Below, piece by piece: positions 21,801-33,364 of a DNA stretch of 64,000 bases. The stretch covers positions 672,001-736,000 of the forward strand of contig OZ244044.1 of assembly GCA_965215275.1 (NCBI GenBank). The letters are read 5' to 3'. Position numbers and translations under genes: made by a program. Every line of letters begins with the position of its first letter. Position 1 is the stretch's first letter. Under the pieces are notes generated by a model that worked only from the letters and a program-made list of their open reading frames with translations, made no database searches and was not told where the DNA came from. The stretch is from Thermodesulfobacteriota bacterium (GTDB lineage: Bacteria; Desulfobacterota_D; UBA1144; Nemesobacterales; JAJCZQ01).

Positions 21801-22231
21801 GGGAGGCTGAAGATTACGACCCTGAAATACAGAGTTACGAGAGTGCTTTTATTCCCGAAGACTATATAGAGAACAGTTCCGAAAGGCTTTACTACTATAA
21901 AAGGTTTTCCTCGTATAACAAACTAAAGGAACTCAACGAAATAAAAGAGGAGATTAACGACAAGTTCGGAAAGGTCCCCAGGGAACTGACAACGCTGATA
22001 AAAATGCTGGAGTTGAAGTTCAGGATAAAGAAAGTCAGAATATCCAGGCTGGAGATCCAGAAAAATCATGCACTGTTTGTCCTGAAAGACGATTCCGTCC
22101 TGTATAAAAAGTTTAAACTTCCTGAAAAAATAAAGATATACTATGAAGAACACGACAAATACGAAGAGATACACAAAAAGCTCAGAGAACTGAGCAGCAG
22201 TTCTATCACCGGGAAAGAAACTAACGCTTAA
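18836..22231 (+). CDS. mfd: Transcription-repair coupling factor
   Basis: MDRLICGDTGFGKTE, DEEHKFGV, SATPIPR, QLKGRVGR; CarD-like and TRCF regions. Confidence 0.96.
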   Translation: MLHKKVFLNKLINSRLDDITTSLNNGLRSLTISGLEGTYKYLIASLISRSLNRPYLYVFGSKADGEAVSENLKFFIRKEIPVFRRKVLSKGSPVDKGADNNRHQRLSTLISIIDKRPLCTEAASLSELVIPSKVLRESFTEINVKDKVERDKFIVQLNKYGYRKSDFVTSPCEMSVRGSIVDLYSSGHEFPIRIEYEGDVVRSLRYFSSSSQKSLNKLRSATIRPVSEFVPYGSSESLHNKIVEAANRRGVSAQLKNTLLDLIKNGVYTDELEHLVPYVYSERENILNFLDESYLLFLDLDNGLETELEKVRKTADKDGIRSQRFHELLPDPEERYFTPDEIRKKLTRFQIIRINDLISRSEDHFKFRSHSSKLKPSDVRSPVQELAEQLRKLIKRQFEVFIVSYNENEQSKLKELLSDYNVEKINYLTGNIGTGFISDDLKLAVFCENDLSEKYKVPDHKAEENVSSVFISNFSKLKTGDFIVHKNFGIGIYNGLKKLDVNDKKSDFLECEYKDGNKLFVPVENLKLIQRYVGGKTAPAVDGLGGSSWKRKISKVKKAVDKIAMELLELYAKRKSIKGFKFSKRDHAFKEFEIDFDFEETADQSKAIEDVMYDMERPRPMDRLICGDTGFGKTEIAMRASFKAAMDGKQTAFLVPTTLLAGQHYDNFIKRFKNHPINIEVISRFKTAAESNKIFRRLSDGLIDIIIGTHKLLGKRTKFKNLGLVITDEEHKFGVRHKEKLRLISNGVDVLSLSATPIPRSLQLSLTSIRDISLVNTPPEGRMPVSVYIDNYNEKVIREAVMKELSRNGLVLFINNRIRNISEIAETLKTLVPEASIGITHGQMNEKVLENRISMFRDGKINLLVTTAIVESGLDIPRANTIIINDAHKFGLADLYQLKGRVGRGKIKAHAYFLVPSINALTTDARKRLTKLSELQNLGTGFKLALYDMEIRGAGSLFGEEQSGTISEVGLELYLEMLQETIRNLNKCREAEDYDPEIQSYESAFIPEDYIENSSERLYYYKRFSSYNKLKELNEIKEEINDKFGKVPRELTTLIKMLELKFRIKKVRISRLEIQKNHALFVLKDDSVLYKKFKLPEKIKIYYEEHDKYEEIHKKLRELSSSSITGKETNA

Positions 22232-22260
22232 GTACTTTACTGAAAGGAGTAAACAAACCT

Positions 22261-23184
22261 ATGAACAGATCAGCAATCTACGTGCTAATTACATTTACGG
22301 TCATAAACCTTCTGTGTACCAGTGCAGCCGCACGGGATCAGGTGGACAGAATTGTAGCGGTAATCAACGACAAGATAATAACGCTGACCGAGTATGAAGA
22401 ACAGGCAAAGCTCAACGGGGTCAAGCTCGGGGAAATTGAGACCGACTTTGCTTTTCTGGAGCAGATAATAGACAAGACGATAATAGAACAGGAAGCTAAA
22501 AAAACGGGAATAGTCATAACTGATAACGAAGTGGAACTGTCCATCCAGGAAATGCAGTCATTTTACAACCTAGATAAACAAGATATGGAGAAAGGCATCA
22601 AGGAACAGAACATTACCGAGGAAGGATTTAAGGACCAGTGGAAGTTCCAGCTCATTACAAGAAGGCTCATTCAAAGAGAGATCAAGGGCAGTATAGCCAT
22701 AACCGATGAAGAGGTCGCTCGGTATTATAAAAAGACCTACGGTGAAGAACTTGAAAAGGGTAACGTAGATGAACTTGAGATCGCGCACATACTCATATCT
22801 TCCAAGACCCCGCAGATAGCATCTCAGATCGCCGAGAGGGCAAAACAGGGAGAGGACTTTGCCAGGCTGGCAAAAGATCATTCTCAAGATGCAATGTCCG
22901 CTTCAGGTGGCGGAGTTCTCGGACATTTTAAAAAAGGAGAACTGGTGGAACCACTTGACCAGGCAGTTCAGAACGCAGAGGTGAACGAGATCGTCGGACC
23001 CGTGGAATCTCCCGCCGGATTTCATATAATCAAGGTCCTGGACAGACAGGAAATTAAAAACGGTATATCTAAAACTTACTCTGACGAAATAAGGACCATT
23101 CTTTACAATCAGAAAGCAGAGGAAATATTAAAGAACTATCTGATAAAAATTAAGAATTCGGCTTATATAGAAAGAAAGCTCTAG
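22261..23184 (+). CDS. surA: SurA/PpiC-type peptidylprolyl isomerase chaperone
   Basis: [38 protein letters not shown]. Confidence 0.8.
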   Translation: MNRSAIYVLITFTVINLLCTSAAARDQVDRIVAVINDKIITLTEYEEQAKLNGVKLGEIETDFAFLEQIIDKTIIEQEAKKTGIVITDNEVELSIQEMQSFYNLDKQDMEKGIKEQNITEEGFKDQWKFQLITRRLIQREIKGSIAITDEEVARYYKKTYGEELEKGNVDELEIAHILISSKTPQIASQIAERAKQGEDFARLAKDHSQDAMSASGGGVLGHFKKGELVEPLDQAVQNAEVNEIVGPVESPAGFHIIKVLDRQEIKNGISKTYSDEIRTILYNQKAEEILKNYLIKIKNSAYIERKL

Positions 23185-26093
23185 TCCGGCTGTTCATATT
23201 CATCCACGGGAGGACAGGTACATACAAGGTTCCTGTCTCCAAAAGCGTTATCAACCCTGCCCACGGACGACCAGAACTTGTTCCTGAGAAGGTACGTAAG
23301 CGGATAACAGGCTTTCTCCCTGGAGTATTCATAGCTCCACTCTGACAGAACGGCGTCACCTATCGTATGCGGCGAGTTCTTCAGTACGTTGTTTTCCTTT
23401 GAAAATTCCCCCCTCTCTACTTCCCTGATCTCTTTTCTTATCTCTATCAAAGCGTCACAAAATCTGTCCAGTTCCTCCTTGGATTCACTTTCGGTCGGTT
23501 CGATCATTAACGTTCCGGGCACGGGCCATGACATCGTCGGAGCATGAAATCCGTAGTCTATCAGCCTCTTGGCTATATCTTCAACATCAACGTCACAGGT
23601 TTTTTTAAAACCCCTGAGATCCAGTATGAACTCATGTGCGACCCTTCCGTTCTCCCCTTCATAAAGCACGGGATAGTACTTTGCAAGTCTGGACTTAAGG
23701 TAGTTCGCGTTCAGGATGGCGTACTTGGTAGCCTCCGTTACACCGGCTGCCCCGAGCAGTCTGATATAAGCGTAGGAAATAAGTAAAATACTTGCACTTC
23801 CCCACGGAGACGAACTGACCGCGAACGTCGCACTCTCACCCGTTCCGTTATCAACTACGGGATGTCCGGGAAGAAATGGAGAAAGGTGTCTGGCCACGCA
23901 TATCGGTCCCATACCCGGGCCTCCGCCACCGTGCGGGATACTGAAGGTCTTATGCAGATTTATATGACAGACGTCCGCTCCTATGATGGAAGGATTGGTC
24001 AGACCGACCTGAGCGTTCAGATTTGCACCGTCCATGTAAACCTGTCCGCCACTTTCATGAACTAGGTCACATATCTCTTTTATCCTTGTTTCAAAAACGC
24101 CATGAGTGGAAGGATAGGTGATCATTATTGCAGAAAGATCATCCTTATACCTGCTGCATTTTGACTTCAGGTCGTCAAAATCTATATTGCCGTGCGGGTC
24201 GCACTTTATCACCACGACCTTCATTCCCGCCATCACGGCACTGGCAGGATTAGTACCATGAGCGGAAAACGGTACAAATACCACGTCCCTGCCGGTCTGG
24301 TCAAGGCTGTGATGATATGCTCTTATTACGGTCAGTCCCGCGTACTCTCCCTGAGAGCCGGAATTTGGCTGCAGGGAAACGGCATCAAATCCTGAAATTT
24401 CACACAGAAAATGCTCCAGTTCATCAAATACCTCTCTATACCCCAACGCCTGATCCAGCGGAACGAACGGATGGACCTCGCCAAATTCAGGCCAGCTTAC
24501 CGGTATCATCTCTGTCGTGGCGTTCAGTTTCATCGTACACGAACCAAGCGGGATCATGGAATGTGCCAGTGACAGGTCCTTGTTCTCCAGGCTCTTTATA
24601 TATCTGAGCATCTTTGTCTCGGACCGGTTGACGTTAAACACGGGATGAACCAAAAAGCCGGACGTACGGGTCAGTTTTTCAGGTAAGTGCACGGCTGAAT
24701 TCGAACTGTAAAGGTCTTTTACGCCGTCAGTACCACTGGCCGAGGCAAAAACGTTCACTATATTTAAAACATCATCGTCCGTTGTCGTTTCATCCAGAGA
24801 TATATAGACCTCTTTTTTGCCGTACCTGAAGTTAATGCTTTCAGACAGTGCCTCTTTACGTAACGCTTTTATAAATACCCCTTCCCTGCCTGACAGATCT
24901 ATACGCAAGGTATCAAAATAGCTTTTGTTCAGCTGATCAAATCCGAGCTTTTTAAGTTCCTGCTCAAGGGTCGATGTTCGTCTGTGAATGCAAAGTGCCG
25001 TGTTCTTAAGTCCTTCTGGACCATGATACACGCAGTACATGCCTGCCATTACGGCAAGTAACGCCTGGGCGGTGCAGATATTTGAAGTGGCCTTCTCTCT
25101 CCTTATATGCTGCTCACGGGTCTGTAAGGACATCCTGTATGCTTTTTTCCCCTTTCTGTCGACCGAAGCACCTATTATCCTTCCGGGAACACTTCTCTTA
25201 AATTCGTCCCTTGTGGCGAAATAGGCCGCATGGGGACCTCCGTAGCCAGCCGGAACCCCAAGCCTCTGAGTGGACCCAACAACGATATCCGCTCCGGACT
25301 CTCCCGGGGGCTTTAATAACGCAAGGCTCATAATATCCGCCGCAACGACCGCCAGAGCGCCCTGATCGTGCAGTTTTTCAATAAAACCGCCCATATCGTA
25401 CACGTTTCCGTCCCCGTCCGGGTATTGCAGAAGGGCACCAAAGGTACCGAGGGATATATCTGCCTTGTTAAGGTCTCCGATCTCAAGCTCTATTCCCAGC
25501 GGCTCCGACCTTGACCTCAGAACGTCAATGGTCTGAGGAAAGCATTTTTCAGAAACGAAAAACCTGTTCGCACCACTTTTAACAAGTGCTTTTTCACGAA
25601 GTCTGTAAGCCATCGTCATAGCTTCAGCTGCGGCATTTCCTTCATCAAGCAAAGAGGAATTCGCGATCTCCATACCCGTCAGGTCGCATACCGCAGTCTG
25701 AAAGTTCAGAAGTGCCTCCAGTCTGCCCTGTGATATTTCGGCCTGATAAGGAGTGTACTGCGTGTACCAGCCTGGGTTTTCCAGAACGTTCCTCAGGATC
25801 ACGGGCGGAACGATACAGCCGTAATAACCAAGCCCTATATAAGACTTGAACAGGAGATTTTTTCCCGCGACCTCTCTTATGTGCTTTATATACTCATGTT
25901 CCGATAAGGCAGCGGGCAGATCAAGTTCATCAGTGGTCCTGATATCGGAAGGTATGGTCTGTGCAACCAGTTCGTCCAGGGAATCAACGTTCAGCACCTC
26001 AAGCATCTGCCTGGTCTCATCCTCTGAAACACCTATATGCCTCAGTATAAACTCACTATCTGAATACTCCTGCATGATAAAATACTGCTTCAC
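23181..26093 (-). CDS. gcvP: Glycine dehydrogenase (decarboxylating), P protein
   Basis: [40 protein letters not shown]. Confidence 0.97.
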   Translation of the reverse strand: MKQYFIMQEYSDSEFILRHIGVSEDETRQMLEVLNVDSLDELVAQTIPSDIRTTDELDLPAALSEHEYIKHIREVAGKNLLFKSYIGLGYYGCIVPPVILRNVLENPGWYTQYTPYQAEISQGRLEALLNFQTAVCDLTGMEIANSSLLDEGNAAAEAMTMAYRLREKALVKSGANRFFVSEKCFPQTIDVLRSRSEPLGIELEIGDLNKADISLGTFGALLQYPDGDGNVYDMGGFIEKLHDQGALAVVAADIMSLALLKPPGESGADIVVGSTQRLGVPAGYGGPHAAYFATRDEFKRSVPGRIIGASVDRKGKKAYRMSLQTREQHIRREKATSNICTAQALLAVMAGMYCVYHGPEGLKNTALCIHRRTSTLEQELKKLGFDQLNKSYFDTLRIDLSGREGVFIKALRKEALSESINFRYGKKEVYISLDETTTDDDVLNIVNVFASASGTDGVKDLYSSNSAVHLPEKLTRTSGFLVHPVFNVNRSETKMLRYIKSLENKDLSLAHSMIPLGSCTMKLNATTEMIPVSWPEFGEVHPFVPLDQALGYREVFDELEHFLCEISGFDAVSLQPNSGSQGEYAGLTVIRAYHHSLDQTGRDVVFVPFSAHGTNPASAVMAGMKVVVIKCDPHGNIDFDDLKSKCSRYKDDLSAIMITYPSTHGVFETRIKEICDLVHESGGQVYMDGANLNAQVGLTNPSIIGADVCHINLHKTFSIPHGGGGPGMGPICVARHLSPFLPGHPVVDNGTGESATFAVSSSPWGSASILLISYAYIRLLGAAGVTEATKYAILNANYLKSRLAKYYPVLYEGENGRVAHEFILDLRGFKKTCDVDVEDIAKRLIDYGFHAPTMSWPVPGTLMIEPTESESKEELDRFCDALIEIRKEIREVERGEFSKENNVLKNSPHTIGDAVLSEWSYEYSREKACYPLTYLLRNKFWSSVGRVDNAFGDRNLVCTCPPVDEYEQPD

Positions 26094-26485
26094 TCGTCCA
26101 TTTCGCTCTCAACAAGACCGATGTAACGTTCACAGCTAAGAAGGTCCTTCAGTTCGTCCTCGTCGTTCATTTTGATCCTGACTATCCACCCGTTTCCATA
26201 TGGGTCTTCATTTATCGTTTCAGGCGATGCTGAAAGTTCATCGTTCACTTCAACTATCTCGCCAGATACCGGAGAATATATATCCGATACTGATTTAGTT
26301 GACTCCACGGCACCAAATGAATCACCTTTCACCGCTCCATCGCCCTCATCAGGTAACTCAATAAAAACTATCTCACCCAAAGCTTCCTGTGCGTAATCGG
26401 TAATACCGATCTCCACACTGTCCCCCCTGGTTCTAACCCACTCGTGATTTTCCGTATATTTTAAATCATCAGGAACGTGAGACAT
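26090..26485 (-). CDS. gcvH: Glycine cleavage system H protein
   Basis: [17 protein letters not shown], lipoyl-site VESTKSVS. Confidence 0.96.
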   Translation of the reverse strand: MSHVPDDLKYTENHEWVRTRGDSVEIGITDYAQEALGEIVFIELPDEGDGAVKGDSFGAVESTKSVSDIYSPVSGEIVEVNDELSASPETINEDPYGNGWIVRIKMNDEDELKDLLSCERYIGLVESEMDE

Positions 26486-26506
26486 ATAACTTACCTCCTT
26501 AAAAGC

Positions 26507-27601
26507 CTATTTCCTGTAAAAGGGTATTGGCACTACTTTAGCTGATCTCTTCTTACCTCTTATATCCACTGATAATACGTCTTTTTTCACGTTTTTCGGA
26601 TCTATCATACCGAGTCCAATGGATCTTTTCAGGCTCGGGGAAAATGTACCACTTGTAACGTATCCTACAACACTGTTTTCGGAGTAGATCTCATACCCCT
26701 TTCTTGGAATGGCCCTGTCTGTCATTTCGAATGTCACTAATTTTTTCTTAAGACCGGCTTTTATATATTTTTCCAGGCTCTCCCGTCCTATGAACGACCC
26801 TTTGTTCAGCTTTACGTATCTTTGCAGTCCAGCTTCCAGGGGATTTATGCTCTCACCTATCTCGCAGCCATAAAGACTATACCCCATCTCGATCCTCAGA
26901 GTATCCCTTGATCCCAGACCGCAGGGCAGAAAACCGGTCCCACCAGCCTCTTCTAATATACTGTTCCATAATTCAGGTCCCCTATCCCAGGGAAGATATA
27001 TCTCAAAGCCGTCCTCCCCGGTATATCCGGTTCTTGAAACAAGGACTTCCCGACCATTTAGCCGGACCTTTTCAAAATGGAACGTTCTGATCGACGTCAC
27101 TTCACTTCCAAAGATACTTTCCATTATATTGACCGACCCCGGACCCTGGAGTGCAAGCTGTGAATACAGGCAACTGACGTTATCGACCTTCACGTCAAAA
27201 CCGCCTCTGTTCTCAAGCATCCAGTTAAAATCCTTGTCCGTGTTCGAAGCGTTAACGCAAAAAAAGAACTCATCGTTACTTATTTTATATATCAGCAGAT
27301 CATCTATAACTCCGCCGTCGTTATTGCACATCAGCGAATACTGTGCCTGCCCGTCCCTGATCCTGCTCAGATCATTGGTGGATAAAAACTGACAGAAGCT
27401 CAAAGCATCCTTTCCCCTGACCAGTATCTCTCCCATATGACTGACATCGAACAATCCTGCATACTTCCTGACTGCCAGATGCTCTTCTATTATCCCGGAG
27501 TACGAAACCGGCATTTGCCATCCGGCAAAATCAACGATCTTTGCGTTGCTTGACACGTGGATACTGTAAATAGCGGTTTTTCTCATTGAAGGATCAGGCA
27601 C
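26507..27601 (-). CDS. gcvT: Glycine cleavage system aminomethyltransferase T
   Basis: FDVSHMGE, RTGYTGEDGFE, GLGSRDTLRIEMG. Confidence 0.96.
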   Translation of the reverse strand: MPDPSMRKTAIYSIHVSSNAKIVDFAGWQMPVSYSGIIEEHLAVRKYAGLFDVSHMGEILVRGKDALSFCQFLSTNDLSRIRDGQAQYSLMCNNDGGVIDDLLIYKISNDEFFFCVNASNTDKDFNWMLENRGGFDVKVDNVSCLYSQLALQGPGSVNIMESIFGSEVTSIRTFHFEKVRLNGREVLVSRTGYTGEDGFEIYLPWDRGPELWNSILEEAGGTGFLPCGLGSRDTLRIEMGYSLYGCEIGESINPLEAGLQRYVKLNKGSFIGRESLEKYIKAGLKKKLVTFEMTDRAIPRKGYEIYSENSVVGYVTSGTFSPSLKRSIGLGMIDPKNVKKDVLSVDIRGKKRSAKVVPIPFYRK

Positions 27602-27670
27602 TCACCAGTTATACAGGTTCGTTCAGAAAAAAAGTATAATACATTAAACACCTTTAATTGAAAATAACGG

Positions 27671-28537
27671 CTAACTCAGATAAAGGAAAATAAGGGTCAG
27701 ATAGTAAGCAGCGGGAAATACAAAAAAGAAACTGTCGAATCTGTCCAGGATCCCTCCATGTCCAGGGACAATGCCACCAGAATCCTTAACTGCCGCCCCC
27801 CTCTTCAGTGCAGATTCGACCAGATCACCAAACATAGCCGTTATTCCTATCAGTAACCCGTAGATCACGCACCATTGCCAGCTCAGCGGGTCTGAGAAAA
27901 AGCCGTTGATAAGTAACGCACCTACCACTGATAATAAAACCCCACCTACTGTACCTTCCACCGTTTTGCCCGGGCTTATGGTCGAAGAAAGCTTGTTCCT
28001 TCCAAATTTCTTACCTATAAAGAAAGCACCCGTATCATTAACGAAAGTGCATCCATAAACGATCACGAGAAAGAAAAAACCGGGGTCACGCAGACCATCC
28101 AGAAGCCTTACGGCATTTTCATCAAACCCTATATTGCGTATTAATATCCCATGGCCTAGGAACCACCCGAAATACATCACTGGAAAAACAGATGACCCGG
28201 CCACCTGTGAGAAATTTGAAACGTTATCGGAACTTAAATTAGAAGCTACGGTAAACACGACGACCAGCGTAAAAAGCATCATAAAGGCGACCGGATGAAT
28301 AAACGCCCCCGCGGCGATCAGTAGAGAACCCAGTAAAACAACGTTAAAGTTCGGTTTTTTCTTGTGATTTTTTATAAGTTCAAAATACTCTATTATTCCA
28401 AGAACTGTTAAAATGGATATGAAAAAGAAAAACACGACCTCGTCCAGGTAGGAAACAATGAGTATAACGGGCACGCCTACAAGGGAAGTGATCAGTCTCT
28501 GTATTAAGTTTTTCATATTTGAAGCCTGTAATTTCAT
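27671..28537 (-). CDS. cdsA: Phosphatidate cytidylyltransferase
   Basis: ISPGKTVEG, ESALKR..KDSG..PGHGGILDRFDS. Confidence 0.95.
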   Translation of the reverse strand: MKLQASNMKNLIQRLITSLVGVPVILIVSYLDEVVFFFFISILTVLGIIEYFELIKNHKKKPNFNVVLLGSLLIAAGAFIHPVAFMMLFTLVVVFTVASNLSSDNVSNFSQVAGSSVFPVMYFGWFLGHGILIRNIGFDENAVRLLDGLRDPGFFFLVIVYGCTFVNDTGAFFIGKKFGRNKLSSTISPGKTVEGTVGGVLLSVVGALLINGFFSDPLSWQWCVIYGLLIGITAMFGDLVESALKRGAAVKDSGGIVPGHGGILDRFDSFFFVFPAAYYLTLIFLYLS

Positions 28538-28561
28538 AATCTATAATTCTGTTTTTTTCAA

Positions 28562-29311
28562 ATGAGTACAACTAAAGTTTATTCACCCGTCCAGAACAGA
28601 CCTATGTCAGTTGCGGTTTTACTGTCCGGTTCGGGACGCAATTTTGAAGCACTTTACAGAAAGCAGACAGAGCTTTACAAACAGAATATCAAGTCTGCAA
28701 AGATCGACCTGGTATTTTCAAACGTTCCGGAATGCAGAGGTATAATAACGGCCAAGGAACTGGGCATTAAGACAGCGGTATTAAGTTCGAAACAGTTCTT
28801 TGGATCACTTGGAAAACCAGTTGACGATGAAGGTTCAAGAAAACTGTACGACATTGAAGCAATAAAGCTGATCGAAGATAACTCCACACCCGACCTGATC
28901 GTACTGGCCGGATACAGGAGAAAACTGAGCAGCGTTTTCTATCAAAGATTTAAAAATGCAGTTATTAACATGTATCCCGGGGACATAACAAAAAATTATC
29001 TGATCCGTGGCGTGCCAGCGGCAGTTCAGGGAATCAGGAACAAGGATACTGAAATAAGATGCACGGTATATATCGATCAGGAAGATCAAAGGTTCGGGTC
29101 TGCGGTAGCACAGTCAAAACCTGTTTCTCTGGAGAAATACAGCGAAAGGGACATTGAAGACCTGAACTATAAAATAAGAGCAGAAGCTGAATGGGTCACC
29201 CTGCCGATTGTGGTCTTTGACCTTATCTCCCAAGGAAGAATATCTACCGATAACAGTGGCAAGGTATATATGGACAAAAAACTTCTTCCAAAGACGGGCT
29301 ATCGGTTATAG
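28562..29311 (+). CDS. Divergent formyltransferase-fold protein (PurN-like)
   Basis: VAVLLSGSGRNFEAL, PDLIVLAGY, RAEAE; catalytic region atypical. Confidence 0.7.
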   Translation: MSTTKVYSPVQNRPMSVAVLLSGSGRNFEALYRKQTELYKQNIKSAKIDLVFSNVPECRGIITAKELGIKTAVLSSKQFFGSLGKPVDDEGSRKLYDIEAIKLIEDNSTPDLIVLAGYRRKLSSVFYQRFKNAVINMYPGDITKNYLIRGVPAAVQGIRNKDTEIRCTVYIDQEDQRFGSAVAQSKPVSLEKYSERDIEDLNYKIRAEAEWVTLPIVVFDLISQGRISTDNSGKVYMDKKLLPKTGYRL

Positions 29312-29392
29312 ACGGGTCAGTATTTTTACGGTAAGACCGGATAAAAAATCCACAGTAATTCAGACGAATTTTAATCCTTTCATCTAAATTAA

Positions 29393-32180
29393 GGGGAATT
29401 ATATATTTAACTGTGCGAAAATAAAATATAGCCTTTGTATATTTATACACTTGACATTCATTAATAATACAAAGTAAAATAAAAAGGTTATGAACATTTT
29501 ATTTAGAATATCCCCCCCCCCACCATAAATTATTAATTCCCTTTTTCTTTTTTCTGTGCCTTGTAAACGTTAGTGCATATGGTCAGACCAGCATTAATAA
29601 CTGTGACTCCAGTGCAACGACCGAAGCTACGTTGAGAGTAGCCGGAAGTACACGTAGTGGAAGTTTAGCTGCCGGTTCTGGTCCGCATTACTTTCGGACA
29701 AACATAAATGAAGATCTTATTGTAGATATAAAGGCAAATTTCCCCTTCTCCAATGATCTGGGATACAGCTTACAGTTATGTGACAGCAATGATGGTCTGA
29801 TAGCAAGTACTGCTGAAGTGACTTTGTCAGGTAACGCAGCAACGGCCACTCTACAAACCCGCCTCAGAACGGGAACGTACTATATAGTTGTAGGAAGCAG
29901 TGGTGCTACATCCTATACAGTTCAAGTTCTATTAGCTGATTCTAGTGAACTCTTTGAGATCTGTCAAATTATCACTACCAATTTTCCAAATGATCCCTTA
30001 TACGGCTGTCAGTGGTATCTGAAACGTCCAGCAGTTGATGTGCAAGTAAGTGGCGAGCTGATATTCCAAACCTCTGGAGAAGATATAGATATAAACATAG
30101 AAGAGGTCTGGGATGATAGTGTATTTGGAGCTGAGATTAACGTAGCGGTTGTAGATCATGGCATGGACACAGATCATGAGGACCTTGCTGATAACGTAGA
30201 TACCACCCTTTCTCATGATTACTCAGGAAGCGGTGATCTGTACAGTCCTTTCAGTGGTCGTGGTACACGTGTAGCTGGCATTATAGCAGCAGTGGGTGAT
30301 AACAGCCTTGGAGTAAGAGGTGTAGCACCACAGGCAAACATCTACAGTTATAATTTAGCTGGTAACTTCAGTGATGCTAATGCAAAGGACGCCATGATCC
30401 GTAATATGGATACAACGGCTGTATCGGTCAACAACTGGGGACCGAAGGACCTGCCGGTTCTTACAGAGGCTTCATCAGAGTGGGAAGAAGGAGTGAGAAC
30501 TGGTATAAGAGAAGGGTTTGGTGGTAAAGGAGTATTTTACGTATGGGCGGCAGGGGACGGACATGAAGGATCAGATCAGGCTAATTTTGATGAGTATTCC
30601 AACTATTACGCTGTAACTACCGTATGTTCAGCAGAGATCAGTAATATTACAGGCAATAACAATATTATTAAGAGTTCTTTTTCAGAAGAGGGGTTCAATC
30701 TGTGGGTATGTGCACCGGGTTCTGATATTGTAACTACCAACAATAACGACGGTTATACTTTTGAGTTCCCTGGAACTTCAAATTCAGCTGCGGTCGTTTC
30801 AGGGATAGCAGCACTGATTAGAGAGGTAAACAGTGATCTCAGCTGGCGGGACCTGAAACTGATACTGGCAGGTTCAGCCAGTCATGACATACAGTTAGGT
30901 TTTACCGACACAGCCTGGAGACCAGTAGCATTTAAATACGGTTCTGATTCAGAACGTTATCGTCACAATCCAAAGTTCGGTTTTGGCATGGCAGACGCTG
31001 CTGCGGCAGCAGAACTTGCAGGAAGCTGGACCAATGTTCCACCGCCAATGAGACCTCTGACGGTTTCCTCGGGTAATATCGATACAGTTATCCCGGACTT
31101 CACAACGGGAGAAGACGTTTCCGATGTTTTCACACTGACAGTACCTGATATTGATATACCAGGTACTGAGGTCTTTACGGAATTTATAGAGATAGGTATC
31201 AATTTCACTCACCCTTTCTTTCCTTTTTTAGATATAGAAATAACTTCCCCTGACGGTACCGTATCAAAACTTGTTGAGGCATATCCAGCAGACGCAATAT
31301 CACATTTATCTGACAGATCTGTTACTGTAAACGACTTTAAGTACACGGGCAGAGAGCACCGTTTTGGTTTAGCCAATCACCTGGGAACAGACCCTGCCGG
31401 AGAGTGGACTTTGAAAATAACTAATAATTCACCTTCAGGTACGGGGACCTTACACTCATGGAACATTAAGGTCTATGGTCATATGTCTGGGGATACACCT
31501 ACGTTTAACAGCTGGACTATACCAGATAAGAACTACGTGCCAGGAATTGCAGTAAAGGAAACACTGCCTGAGGCAACAGCAGGGAATGGAGAATTAACCT
31601 ACAGCCTTTCCCCTCTTTCTTTACCTGTTGGACTTACTTTCAGTGAAACTGACAGAGTGATCAGCGGAACACCAACTGCTGTATCTTCCGGCAGTTATAC
31701 ATATACGGTAACGGATGAAGATGGAGATACGGACGAACTCATCTTTACCATCAGGGTAACGACTACGCCACCAGGACCGACAGACCCACCAACAACAGGA
31801 CCACCGACACGAAGACCGACATCATCAGGTACAGGCGGAGGTGGAGGAGGATGTGCGGTCTCCGATCAGAACGAAGCTGCTTCTGATCTGCTCACAGCAT
31901 TGGCATCTCTGATGCTTATACCTGTATCCGTTGTGATAAGAAGAAAGATAAGGTCTCGGATAAAGACATAGCAATGCGGTATTTTCCAAGCGTTGAACTA
32001 ACTGAGAGCTTTCCGTCAGGATATCTACTGGCTGCTTACGGGAGAAGAAGTGTATTTATCTTTTTAAACCTTCTTTTTTGATATTCAATGTTTTCAGTAC
32101 CCTAGGGTCCCACTGCAAGATCTTCCATCCGTTTAAAACATCGTCTTTGTTCATTTAGCATAGCTACTTGTATAATTCCC
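29393..32180 (+). mobile_element. Non-autonomous IS1595-type cassette carrying S8 copy 2
   Basis: Left end (g)gggaattatatatttaact, right end rc gggaattatacaagtagct; 8-bp direct repeat taaattaa at 29385-29392 and 32181-32188. Confidence 0.75.
29490..31971 (+). CDS. Surface S8/kexin-like pseudoprotease, copy 2; frameshifted at a C10 tract (29512-29521)
   Basis: Close paralogue of copy 1; ATG 29490 stops just after the tract, and C9 would fuse it to HKLLIPFFFFLCLVNVSAYG. Confidence 0.85.
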
Positions 32181-33340
32181 TAAATTAAACTGCACTGCAT
32201 TCCCTTTAATCTCTGTCTTGCCGTCTTACAGTAATCATCAGAAATATCTATCCCAAGATATCTTCTACCTAGCTTATGTGCAACAACACTCGTTGTACCA
32301 ACACCATTAAATGGATCTAATACAATATCTCTTTTGTAACTGAAGAGTTTCAGAACTCTCTCTACTAGTTTCTCTGGGAACATTGCAGGGTGTCCGTATT
32401 CTTTCATCTTTCTTTCAGGTGCAAGTGACCACTTGCCAGTAACCCATTGTTTAAATTCATCAGCAGAGATATCTATATCGTCTTTCAATCCTGTCTTTTT
32501 TAGATCTCCTTTGCAAAATACTTCTAAAAACTCCCATGTATATTTCAAGTAAGGATTGCTCGGACTTTTCCAACTTCCCCAAGCGGTATATTTACAGTTG
32601 TAGTTATTCTTCTCCCATAATATCTCACCTTTCCATATGAGTTTTTCCTTTATAAAAAAGCCGCTGATTATATGGTGGCTCGGAATATAATCAGAAAAAA
32701 GCGGCTGAACGTTAACTATTATTCTTCCACCATACTTAACAACCCTTATACATTCCTTGAATACTTTAAACAGTTTTTCAAAGTACTCTTCCCAATAGTG
32801 TGCATCTTTATTGTGAGCATAGTCCAACCCAAAATTATAGGGAGGAGAGGTAAAAACCAGATCAACAGAATTATCAGGAACGTCCTTTAACACTGTTTCG
32901 CTGTCACCTTTAATTATCCTGTCCTGATATTTATCCGGCAATTCATTATTGATTTTAGAAAAAGTACTGTCTTGAGCGTAATAATACTGCGTTCTTGCCG
33001 TCTCTTTGTTCTTCCTGTCCTTTACTTTTCTTTCTTTGTTGTAGTCAATGTAATTCCTTTTGCTGCCACTTATACTGTAACTTTTTATCTGTTCTATTAA
33101 TCCAGTAATATCGCTAATAATTGACCTGTTCACGGTCCCATTCAGTAAAGTGCTCTGATCTTTTAACTTTGTAATATCGACCGTCTTTAGCAAGACAGTG
33201 ATATTTTTCCCATCATGCTCTATTCTCAGATCGCTTTTATCAAAAGTCTTGTTAAGAACCTCAATGGTGTACAAGTCTTTTTTGCTTAGCCTCCTGTCGT
33301 AACTCAAGGTCAGTTCTTTGTATTTTCCCGTATTATTCAC
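32180..33340 (-). CDS. Beta-class N4C/N6A site-specific DNA methyltransferase with an N-terminal extension
   Basis: DLVFTSPPYN, HPAMFP, VLDPFNGVGTT, YLGIDIS. Confidence 0.9.
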   Translation of the reverse strand: MNNTGKYKELTLSYDRRLSKKDLYTIEVLNKTFDKSDLRIEHDGKNITVLLKTVDITKLKDQSTLLNGTVNRSIISDITGLIEQIKSYSISGSKRNYIDYNKERKVKDRKNKETARTQYYYAQDSTFSKINNELPDKYQDRIIKGDSETVLKDVPDNSVDLVFTSPPYNFGLDYAHNKDAHYWEEYFEKLFKVFKECIRVVKYGGRIIVNVQPLFSDYIPSHHIISGFFIKEKLIWKGEILWEKNNYNCKYTAWGSWKSPSNPYLKYTWEFLEVFCKGDLKKTGLKDDIDISADEFKQWVTGKWSLAPERKMKEYGHPAMFPEKLVERVLKLFSYKRDIVLDPFNGVGTTSVVAHKLGRRYLGIDISDDYCKTARQRLKGMQCSLI

Positions 33341-33364
33341 CTCATACTTACCTTGCTTGCCAGA

